Positions 1 to 7,577 of a stretch of 64,000 bases of DNA are shown piece after piece. Under the pieces are notes generated by a model. It saw only the letters and a list, made by a program, of their open reading frames with translations. It ran no database searches and was not told the DNA's origin. The DNA is taken from positions 65,169 through 129,168 of the forward strand of contig DATKVB010000011.1 in assembly GCA_035530295.1 (NCBI GenBank), in the 5' to 3' direction. The stretch is from a bacterium (GTDB taxonomy: Bacteria; Spirochaetota; Spirochaetia; Treponematales; UBA12059). The position numbers were made by a program, and so were the translations under genes. Each line of letters begins with the position of its first letter. Position 1 is the stretch's first letter.

Positions 1-404
1 GCGATATCCATGGCAAGATCGTGTTCATGGCCGACGATATGCTTGGCACAGGCGGCACCCTGCTCAAGGCAATGCGCTACCTCAAGGATCAAGGCGCCGT
101 GCAGGTGATATGCGCCATATCGTTGCCGCTGTTCTCAGCCACCGCCATCGATGATTTCGACAAGGCCTTCAGGGAAGGTCTGTTCTACCGTATCATTGGC
201 ACCAACGCGGTGCACCACAACGAATTGCTCAAGAAGGAATGGTATATCGAGGCGGACGTGACGACCCTGTTCGCTCAGATCATTTCTCTCCTGCACCATA
301 ATCGCAGTCTGTCGCCGATGTTGGACAACCGCGAGATCATAGCCAAGAAGATCAAGAAGGCCATGGCCGCCCAAGCCGCGCATCAGCCCTCACTGCCGCT
401 CTGA
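1..404 (+). CDS. ribose-phosphate diphosphokinase-family protein (PRTase domain), C-terminal fragment; 5' end outside window
   Basis: Frame 3 is open from the window edge. It carries the PRPP-binding loop 'DDMLGTGGTL' and a Prs-like C-terminal layout ('VICAISLPLFS'). Confidence 0.6.
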   Translation, partial: DIHGKIVFMADDMLGTGGTLLKAMRYLKDQGAVQVICAISLPLFSATAIDDFDKAFREGLFYRIIGTNAVHHNELLKKEWYIEADVTTLFAQIISLLHHNRSLSPMLDNREIIAKKIKKAMAAQAAHQPSLPL

Positions 405-406
405 GT

Positions 407-1087
407 GTGATAGCGTACCGGATTCCCATATCGGTAGAAGCGCTGCTGTTCGACATCGATGGAACGTTGTATTCCAATCACGAGTACGGCCAGTTCCAGA
501 TCGATGTGCTGATCGACGAGCTTGCCCGTGTCCGCGGGCAGAGCCGACAGGACACAGAGCGTGAGCTGGCGCAAGCCAGGCTGGAATGGTCAGAGGCACA
601 CGGCGGAGGTTCGACCAGTCTGGGCAACGCAATGACGGCCCTCGGCGTCGATATGATGACCAGCGTCGCGTGGCGCGAACGCCTGATCGACCCATACCGG
701 TTCCTGTCGGCTGATCCTCGCCTTCGCGCAACGCTGCTGTCGCTGACGACGCCGCGCCTTGCGACCAGGCCTGTAGCGCTGGTCGCTGTTACAAACAACC
801 CGCGTTCTGTCGGCACCGCCACGCTCGACGCGCTCGGCGTGCTTGACCTGTTCCGCCGCGTCGTCGGCCTGGACGACACCATGAAGAGCAAACCCGCGCC
901 CGAACCCTACCTGCTCGCCGCGACGGCGGCTGGAGCCGAACCCACCGGGTGCCTGTCGATTGGCGACCGCTACGATATAGACCTCGCCGAGCCGCTGCGG
1001 CTGGGCATGGGCGCCGTTCTGGTCGAGGGGGTGGCCGACGTCTACGCCTTGCCTGGATTGCTGTTTGGTATGGCCATCAGTACTTGA
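407..1087 (+). CDS. HAD-superfamily hydrolase
   Basis: HAD motif I 'LLFDIDGTLY', motif III Lys 'KSKPAPEPY' and motif IV 'IGDRYDIDL'. GTG start lies 3 nt after the upstream stop. Confidence 0.75.
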   Translation: MIAYRIPISVEALLFDIDGTLYSNHEYGQFQIDVLIDELARVRGQSRQDTERELAQARLEWSEAHGGGSTSLGNAMTALGVDMMTSVAWRERLIDPYRFLSADPRLRATLLSLTTPRLATRPVALVAVTNNPRSVGTATLDALGVLDLFRRVVGLDDTMKSKPAPEPYLLAATAAGAEPTGCLSIGDRYDIDLAEPLRLGMGAVLVEGVADVYALPGLLFGMAIST

Positions 1088-2732
1088 TCTCCCGCAACGC
1101 GTGGGAGACTCCGTAGGCGCGATCGCCAATCTTCTCGATGTGCCGCACAATGTCCATGAACAGCAGCTCCGACTTGACATCGGCTCCTGCCTGCAGCCGC
1201 TTGCGGGCCTTCTTCTTCAATGCCGACCTGAAGTCGTCGATACTGTCTTCGAGTTGCTGGGCGGTCGCGAGCTGCTCGACATTTATGCGGCCCTTGATGT
1301 TTTCCTGCACGAAACGCAGGAAATTCTCTACCAGCAAGGTATACGGCCCCAGGCTATCCATCTCGTCCTTGTCCAGGGCCAGATCGCGCGCCCTGGCCTT
1401 CTCGAGCAGCATGATCAGGCTGAAACAATCGTCGGTTATGTCCTCCAGGTCGACTACCATCCGCAGCATCACGCCTATGTCCCGCTGGCTGTCGGCACTC
1501 ATCTCGTGTCCGGCGCATTCAAGCAGAAAGCCGGACAATTCATCGCGCATCTGGTCGGCGTAGTCTTCCATCATCCTGAACGACTCTATCTCTTCGGTAA
1601 GATCAGCTGGCTTTGACTTGATCAATCCGCGCCAGCGATCGAACATCGTGCCGCACAGCCCCGCCATATCGGAAATTTCCTTCTGGGCACGCATCAGGTT
1701 AAGCTCGGGGCTGTCCATCAATGGAGCGGCCACGTACTCGAGCCTTCTCGGCAAGGCATCCTCTCCTGGCCTTGCCTTGATGAACAGCGACACCAGATTG
1801 GCAAACTGCGTCGCGAACGGGGCAAACAGGATGGCGTTGATCACATTGAAGACCGTGTGCATCATCGCGATGTGCTGGGCGATGGTGGTTCCACCGGCGA
1901 GTATATTGATCAGCGCTATGAATGGTCTGAATAGAATGATGGCCCATACCGATCCCAGAACATTGAACATGATATGGATCCACGCCGCCCGGCGGGCGTT
2001 CGTTCTGGCCCCGATAGAAGCGAGCAAGGCATCGATTGTCGTACCGATATTGCAGCCCAGCACAAGGCCGGCGGCGAGGTTGAAGTCGATGACGCCTTCT
2101 ACCGCCAGTGTGATCACGATAGCGGTGGAGGCACTGGAAGAATGGACAAGAACCGTCAGGACCGTGCCGGTGGCGGCGGCTATCAGGATTGACAGCACGC
2201 CGAGGTTCGATACATCGGAAAGAAACCTGATGATATCCGCCGACGGCTTGGGAATGGCATGTGAAAGAAAGTTGAGCCCCAGGAACAGGAGGCCGAAACC
2301 AAGCACCGCCTCGCCATAGTCGCGGACACGCGACTTGGGCTTGGCGCCCATCATCATCACAAATCCGACGCCTATCATCGGCAGGGCAAAGGCCGCGATC
2401 TCAAACTTGAAGCCGATAAGCGAGACTATCCATGCGGTGACAGTCGTACCGATGTTGGCCCCGAATATCACACCGGCTGCCTGTACGACCGTCAAGAGCC
2501 CAGCATTGACAAAAGACACTACCATCACGGTCGTAGCCGATGATGACTGGATGATGGCGGTGATGCCAAGCCCCGTCAGCAGGGCCTTGAAGGTATTGCC
2601 AGTCATCAGGTTGAGCGTTCGCTTGAGGCCATCACCCGCGGCCCGCTGTATTCCATCCGACAGAATCTTCATGCCGTACAGAAACAGACCAAGTGAGCCA
2701 GCGAGCTCTATCAGGATCATGACTATCTTCAT
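1077..2732 (-). CDS. Na+/phosphate symporter family protein with C-terminal PhoU-like helical domain
   Basis: N-terminus 'LFLYGMKILSDGIQRAAG', duplicated Na/Pi-cotransporter TM repeats ('NIGTT' twice) and a helical PhoU-like tail. Start placed at MKIV behind GAAGG; the ORF is open to 2747. Confidence 0.85.
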   Translation of the reverse strand: MKIVMILIELAGSLGLFLYGMKILSDGIQRAAGDGLKRTLNLMTGNTFKALLTGLGITAIIQSSSATTVMVVSFVNAGLLTVVQAAGVIFGANIGTTVTAWIVSLIGFKFEIAAFALPMIGVGFVMMMGAKPKSRVRDYGEAVLGFGLLFLGLNFLSHAIPKPSADIIRFLSDVSNLGVLSILIAAATGTVLTVLVHSSSASTAIVITLAVEGVIDFNLAAGLVLGCNIGTTIDALLASIGARTNARRAAWIHIMFNVLGSVWAIILFRPFIALINILAGGTTIAQHIAMMHTVFNVINAILFAPFATQFANLVSLFIKARPGEDALPRRLEYVAAPLMDSPELNLMRAQKEISDMAGLCGTMFDRWRGLIKSKPADLTEEIESFRMMEDYADQMRDELSGFLLECAGHEMSADSQRDIGVMLRMVVDLEDITDDCFSLIMLLEKARARDLALDKDEMDSLGPYTLLVENFLRFVQENIKGRINVEQLATAQQLEDSIDDFRSALKKKARKRLQAGADVKSELLFMDIVRHIEKIGDRAYGVSHALREIKY

Positions 2733-2891
2733 GGGAGGACCTTCCATCCTGGCTGGATTCAGAAACCCGGAGATCGCGCCGGAGCCCGTTCATGGTTCGA
2801 CGCGCTTTTTTATAACGCAGAAAGCCCGTCTTGCACAGCACCTTTCCATCACGGCAAGACGAGAGCCCTCCGCGGTGATATACTTGCCCGC

Positions 2892-3683
2892 ATGAAAGCA
2901 ACCAATCACGCACTTCTTGCCCTGCTGGCAGCTGCCAGCCTGGTGGCTCCTTTGTCAGCGGTGCCTGCGACGGCCTATCTGGAACCAGCGCTGGCGGCGC
3001 GGCTACTCTCCGGTGAGGATGTCAGGACATCATCAGTAGGCAAGACGGCGGCTCTGGCACTGGCCCCCAAGCATCCCGCGGTCGCCACATTGGGCTCCGC
3101 TCTAGCGGCCGAAGCTCCTGACGTAGTCGTGGAGGCGATATTCTTATGGAAAAATCCTGCGGCGATTGCCCAGGACAAGGAGCTGGCCGAAGTCTACAAC
3201 ACGCTGCGGGCGATTGGCAGCCTGCAGGGCATCGAGTATTGGTCAGCAAGCCGCAAGACCATGCGATTGTTCTATGAATATTCAAGCCTCATTGCTGGAC
3301 CGAATGACCAGACGCCTGTCAAGGACACGTGGCTACCGACTCTGCCTCCTGTCGACGAAACGCTATACGCGAGGCAGAAGGACCTGTCGTTCGGCGACAA
3401 TCGGTACCGGATAATCCTGGCTCATGGCGGTGACTATGCAACGCAGTCGTCGGTCAATCTGACCGGCATGAGCTATGGCATCATACCGGTGGCGGGAGCC
3501 GGTGCCGTGCATGTGCGGCTCCTGGTCATTCCCACCGATGATGGGATCATATTCTACGCGGTCTCAAGCGCCAAAGCCACCGTGATTCCCGGGATCCGAG
3601 GCAAGCTCGAGGCATCATTCGGCAATCGCGCGGCCGCGGTCTATGCATGGTTCACCAGGCAAATGGCAAGCCGGGTCCACTGA
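2892..3683 (+). CDS. secreted hypothetical protein
   Basis: 263-aa ORF with a signal-peptide-like N-terminus 'MKATNHALLALLAAASLVAPLSA'. No motif recognised. Confidence 0.5.
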   Translation: MKATNHALLALLAAASLVAPLSAVPATAYLEPALAARLLSGEDVRTSSVGKTAALALAPKHPAVATLGSALAAEAPDVVVEAIFLWKNPAAIAQDKELAEVYNTLRAIGSLQGIEYWSASRKTMRLFYEYSSLIAGPNDQTPVKDTWLPTLPPVDETLYARQKDLSFGDNRYRIILAHGGDYATQSSVNLTGMSYGIIPVAGAGAVHVRLLVIPTDDGIIFYAVSSAKATVIPGIRGKLEASFGNRAAAVYAWFTRQMASRVH

Positions 3684-3718
3684 TCAGCGGATCCGATGCC
3701 GTCCGCGCCAGGAGTCTG

Positions 3719-5368
3719 TCAAGGCAACGGCTCGACATCGACTGGTTCAACGCTTACCGGCAGAGCCTCGTCCGGCAGCGCCTCCGGCACGGCAACCGGC
3801 TTGCCGTCGGCGGTCTTGATGAAGGCAAAATTCTTCATGATCCTGACAAAGACCTCTGACTTGCGCTTGCCTTCTACCAGCGATGAAATCAGTTCCTTGT
3901 TGCGCACGCCGCCGAGGCTTCTGATGTTCGTGACCAGATCGGGGCTGGGCTTCTTGTAATCGGCCAGCAACTCGCCGAGCGTTTCGGCGAACATATGAAA
4001 GAGACCGGTCTCATCCTCACATATCTCGCGTGCCTTGTAGTTTATCTCGTCGACTATCTTGGTCAGGTACGGCATGATGTCCTTGCCATGGCGCATCTCT
4101 TCAACATAGCGCTTGACGCCGGCGACGCTTACCCGCCCCCCGCCTTTCAGGCTTTCCTCGAAGGCCTCTATCCGACCCGATGTGCGGTCGCATTGATACA
4201 GGATATTGGCCAGGCTATTCTGATAGCTCTTGCTGTCAAAATAGCCTTCCACGAGTATCTTCTTGACCGTCTCCTTGATCTGCGGCTCGAATACTCCGTG
4301 AACGAAGGTCTTGAGAATACCCATCGGCTTGACATGCGTGAAGCCGTTCGGACTTTCGCGCCTGAGGAACGAGTCGATCTCCTCGTTGTAGCCATCGAGA
4401 ACCAGAACGTCGGTGGCTCCGAACAGATCCTTGATATCCATCGAGACAGCGCTCTCGTGGCGCTCGCGCAGCAAGCGTTCGCGATCCTTCTCATACTGGT
4501 TGACGAGACGTTTGCGATATTGCTCGACATAGTTGATCTGATCGCGCCGGATATCGGGTTCATGCAAGGGGTCGCGCTTGGTAAGCCTGATGAGGGCCAG
4601 GAGATTCTCGCTTGAAAGCCTGTACGCCAGTATCTTGTTCAGGGTGGAGAACAACTTGGCTATCTTGCCCGCCTGGCTCGCGGCGGTTGCCGGGGCGTGA
4701 CGCTCGAACACGCGCATCGTCATGGCCATAAGCGAATCGGCGAACGAAAATCCGACGAGCAGGTAATATGCGTCGATGAGTTCCGGGAGGATCTGCTCGC
4801 CGGCCGCGGGCTGAAAATCGGGATGGTAGCGGGGATCGTCGATGCTTGCGCCAGGATCGAAGAAGCCCAGCATGCGCTCCCAGTCGTGCCGGCACACCTC
4901 GATGAAACGCTCCACCTCGGCAAGCTCCACATTGAGCGGCCCGTCTTCCAGCACGTCGACGCTCTTGAGGAAGCGCTGAAAATCCCGGCCGATCGCTTCC
5001 ATCTCCTCATCGTCCTTGACGGCGTTCTCCACCCTGGATTTCATGCCATCGTAGACATAGCTGTCCTTCTTCTCCAGCTCTTCGGCGGGCAGACGCAAGT
5101 CGACCAGATAGTCGAAGTATTTGCGTGACACGCGAAGGTCCGGATGCGCGAGCGTCCGGTCGGCTAGATCCATCAGGGGTTTGAGCGCCTGGCAGAATAG
5201 ATATAGATCCTGGGCAAAACCTGGCATAACCAGATTGTGTTTGAAGCGGTAGTATGGTGGCTTGATATGAGAAATGGTACCAAATACGTGCTTGAGCTCG
5301 CTGGTAATTCCTCTGTCAAATCCAAAAAGGCTCCGTATGAAGTTGATCAATGCCTGCACTATTCCCAT
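3719..5368 (-). CDS. conserved hypothetical protein (about 549 aa)
   Basis: Long ORF with coding-like composition. Start placed at Met27 (MGIVQ) to leave about 50 nt after the upstream BFN gene; the ORF is open to 5446. No motif recognised. Confidence 0.5.
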   Translation of the reverse strand: MGIVQALINFIRSLFGFDRGITSELKHVFGTISHIKPPYYRFKHNLVMPGFAQDLYLFCQALKPLMDLADRTLAHPDLRVSRKYFDYLVDLRLPAEELEKKDSYVYDGMKSRVENAVKDDEEMEAIGRDFQRFLKSVDVLEDGPLNVELAEVERFIEVCRHDWERMLGFFDPGASIDDPRYHPDFQPAAGEQILPELIDAYYLLVGFSFADSLMAMTMRVFERHAPATAASQAGKIAKLFSTLNKILAYRLSSENLLALIRLTKRDPLHEPDIRRDQINYVEQYRKRLVNQYEKDRERLLRERHESAVSMDIKDLFGATDVLVLDGYNEEIDSFLRRESPNGFTHVKPMGILKTFVHGVFEPQIKETVKKILVEGYFDSKSYQNSLANILYQCDRTSGRIEAFEESLKGGGRVSVAGVKRYVEEMRHGKDIMPYLTKIVDEINYKAREICEDETGLFHMFAETLGELLADYKKPSPDLVTNIRSLGGVRNKELISSLVEGKRKSEVFVRIMKNFAFIKTADGKPVAVPEALPDEALPVSVEPVDVEPLP

Positions 5369-5418
5369 GATAACCCATTCTAAGGCAGGCAAGCCTGGAC
5401 AGCAAGCACTACCACTGG

Positions 5419-5898
5419 CTAGGCTCTCTTCTGGTTCCTGAACCAATATCCATCGGTAAGCGCGACCGACAGGGCCGTATCGATGTCGGCCGGTGGCCGG
5501 TCAAAAGCGCTACGGTGGGCGTAGATTGGCGCGCCGGTCGTCACCGCGAGAGCCAAAGCATCGGATGGCCTCACCTCGCGCGTCCAGGAGCGCAAGCCCC
5601 TGCCATACAGCAGCCGGGCGATGAAACCATCTTCGTCGGTGCCCTGGACACCGTATAGTTCGACACGCCGCAGCGACAGGCCCTGCTCGCGAAAGAGCTG
5701 CGCCATCAGCTCATGGGTAAGCGGACGTGGCGTGGAAACCCCCTCCAATTCCATCAGAATGGCGCCAGCCTCGGCCGCGCCAACGGAAACGCAGAACTCC
5801 GAGGCGCCATCGTCATCTTCCAAAATGACAACGGGAGACTCGAGCTCGGAAGGCATTGCGACACCCATGACGCGAACCCGTTTCATTTCTTCCATCAT
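5419..5898 (-). CDS. bifunctional nuclease (BFN/DUF151) family protein
   Basis: 'PVVILEDDDG...VGAAEAGAILMELEGVSTPRPLTHELM' matches the DUF151 core pattern as I remember it. Confidence 0.7.
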   Translation of the reverse strand: MMEEMKRVRVMGVAMPSELESPVVILEDDDGASEFCVSVGAAEAGAILMELEGVSTPRPLTHELMAQLFREQGLSLRRVELYGVQGTDEDGFIARLLYGRGLRSWTREVRPSDALALAVTTGAPIYAHRSAFDRPPADIDTALSVALTDGYWFRNQKRA

Positions 5899-5992
5899 GA
5901 CACGAAGTATACTCCGCGGTACCCGCTTTTCAGGCTGGTCATGATGCTTCCTTGACTACCGCGCGAAGCCCCGAGTACACTTCGCTACGATC

Positions 5993-6421
5993 ATGAGACG
6001 AACACCACTGTTTTTCGCGTTTGCGGGTCTCGAACTCGTTCGCTACTTGACGCTTGCCTTCGCTGCACAGCCATTCGCGGTCTCTCTGCCTCTGGCACAA
6101 CAGATGCTTCGTCTCGTAGCGGCTCCCAACCTGCTGTTCGCGGTGGGCTTCTTCTTCATGGGACTCGATGCCAGGCGCTATGGTGACTACCGCCCGCTTC
6201 TGATTGTCGGAAAGGCGGTGGCGCTGTTCTCGAGCCTCATCGCCCTTCCGCGGCTCTTTGGCGGTGACGCGACCTCAAGCTACCGGCTGGCGCGCATCGT
6301 CATCCCTGCCATAGCGCTATGGGACGCGACAGCGACCGCCGTCCTGCTCCTTAGGCATCCCGCGACGCAACCTGCTGTCGAGTCGGCCCAGACAGAGCCC
6401 GAGCGGATAGAGGTAGACTGA
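5993..6421 (+). CDS. hypothetical membrane protein (about 4 TM)
   Basis: 142-aa hydrophobic ORF whose stop directly abuts the next gene's GTG start. Confidence 0.45.
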   Translation: MRRTPLFFAFAGLELVRYLTLAFAAQPFAVSLPLAQQMLRLVAAPNLLFAVGFFFMGLDARRYGDYRPLLIVGKAVALFSSLIALPRLFGGDATSSYRLARIVIPAIALWDATATAVLLLRHPATQPAVESAQTEPERIEVD

Positions 6422-6422
6422 C

Positions 6423-7568
6423 GTGCGCATAATTCCGATAGCCAGCGGCAAGGGCGGCGTCGGCAAATCGCTTGTTTCAGCCAATCTATCGATAGCGCTG
6501 GCGCAGGCAGGCAAGCGCGTCGTGCTTGTGGATCTGGATCTTGGATCTTCCAACCTGCACCTGATTCTGGGTTTCAACGCGCCCAGAAACGGTCTGGGCA
6601 CCTATCTATCGGGCGCCAAGATCAAATTCGAAGACATCATTCACGACACGGACTATCCCAACCTCAGATTCATTCCAGGCGACGCAGAGATACCGGGGCT
6701 CGCCAATATCACCTACCGGCAGAAGACCCAGCTCGCCAAGCGGCTCATATCGATAGAGGATGCGGACTACCTGATTCTGGATCTCGGAGCCGGCACCGGC
6801 GCCAACATTCTGGACTTTTTCCTGCTGTCGGGCCGAGGCATCGTTGTCACCGCACCGACGCTGACGGCCACACTGAACGGCTACCTGTTCCTGAAGAACG
6901 CCGTCTTCCGTCTGATGTGGGACAGCTTCAAGCCAAAGTCCCAGGCCCGCGCCATCCTGGAATCATTGAAGAAGGATGGCGCATCGCTGCAGCGCGCATA
7001 TATTCCTGAAATTCTGGGGCGCATAGCCCAGGCCGATCCGGCGAGCAGGGCCGCCTTCGACATGCGGATGTCCCGCTTCTCACCGCGCCTCGTGCTCAAC
7101 ATGGTGGAGGACCCCAAGGATGCCGAAAAGGCACAGAAGATTCGCCGCTCGTGCAGGGAATACCTGGGCATGGATCTGGAACATCTAGGCATCATTTACC
7201 GGGATGACCTGCAGGACGTGGCGCTCGGCAGCCGCATCCCCATTATCCGTTACAAACCACAATCGATTCTGTCCCAGGCGCTATACCGCATAGCCGACAA
7301 GCTCATCTCATCCGAATCCGATGAAGACTCCTTCCTCGATCCGGAGTACCTGGATGACAGCTTTGGCGCGGCCGACACCGAGGCAGCCATCGATTTTGAG
7401 TCAAAGATGGACTATGTGGAAGAACTGCTCGCGAGCGGGGCGCTGACGCAAGGCGACTTGATAGAGACCGTTCGCATGCAGCATTACGAGATTGGCCAAC
7501 TCCGCAAGGAAAACCAGTTTCTGAAGGTCAAGATGGCCAAGGCCCTGTCACAGGGATTCAAGGTATAG
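6423..7568 (+). CDS. MinD/ParA-family P-loop ATPase (FlhG/YlxH-like)
   Basis: Deviant Walker A 'SGKGGVGKS' at the N-terminus, followed by 'VVLVDLDLG'. Confidence 0.8.
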   Translation: MRIIPIASGKGGVGKSLVSANLSIALAQAGKRVVLVDLDLGSSNLHLILGFNAPRNGLGTYLSGAKIKFEDIIHDTDYPNLRFIPGDAEIPGLANITYRQKTQLAKRLISIEDADYLILDLGAGTGANILDFFLLSGRGIVVTAPTLTATLNGYLFLKNAVFRLMWDSFKPKSQARAILESLKKDGASLQRAYIPEILGRIAQADPASRAAFDMRMSRFSPRLVLNMVEDPKDAEKAQKIRRSCREYLGMDLEHLGIIYRDDLQDVALGSRIPIIRYKPQSILSQALYRIADKLISSESDEDSFLDPEYLDDSFGAADTEAAIDFESKMDYVEELLASGALTQGDLIETVRMQHYEIGQLRKENQFLKVKMAKALSQGFKV

Positions 7569-7577
7569 GGCGGATCG

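Noticed and set aside
2827-2861. 8-bp inverted repeat CGTCTTGC...GCAAGACG in the Na/Pi symporter and secreted-protein divergent region
   Set aside because: The stem is short with a 19-nt loop and does not resemble a Pho box. It could be chance.
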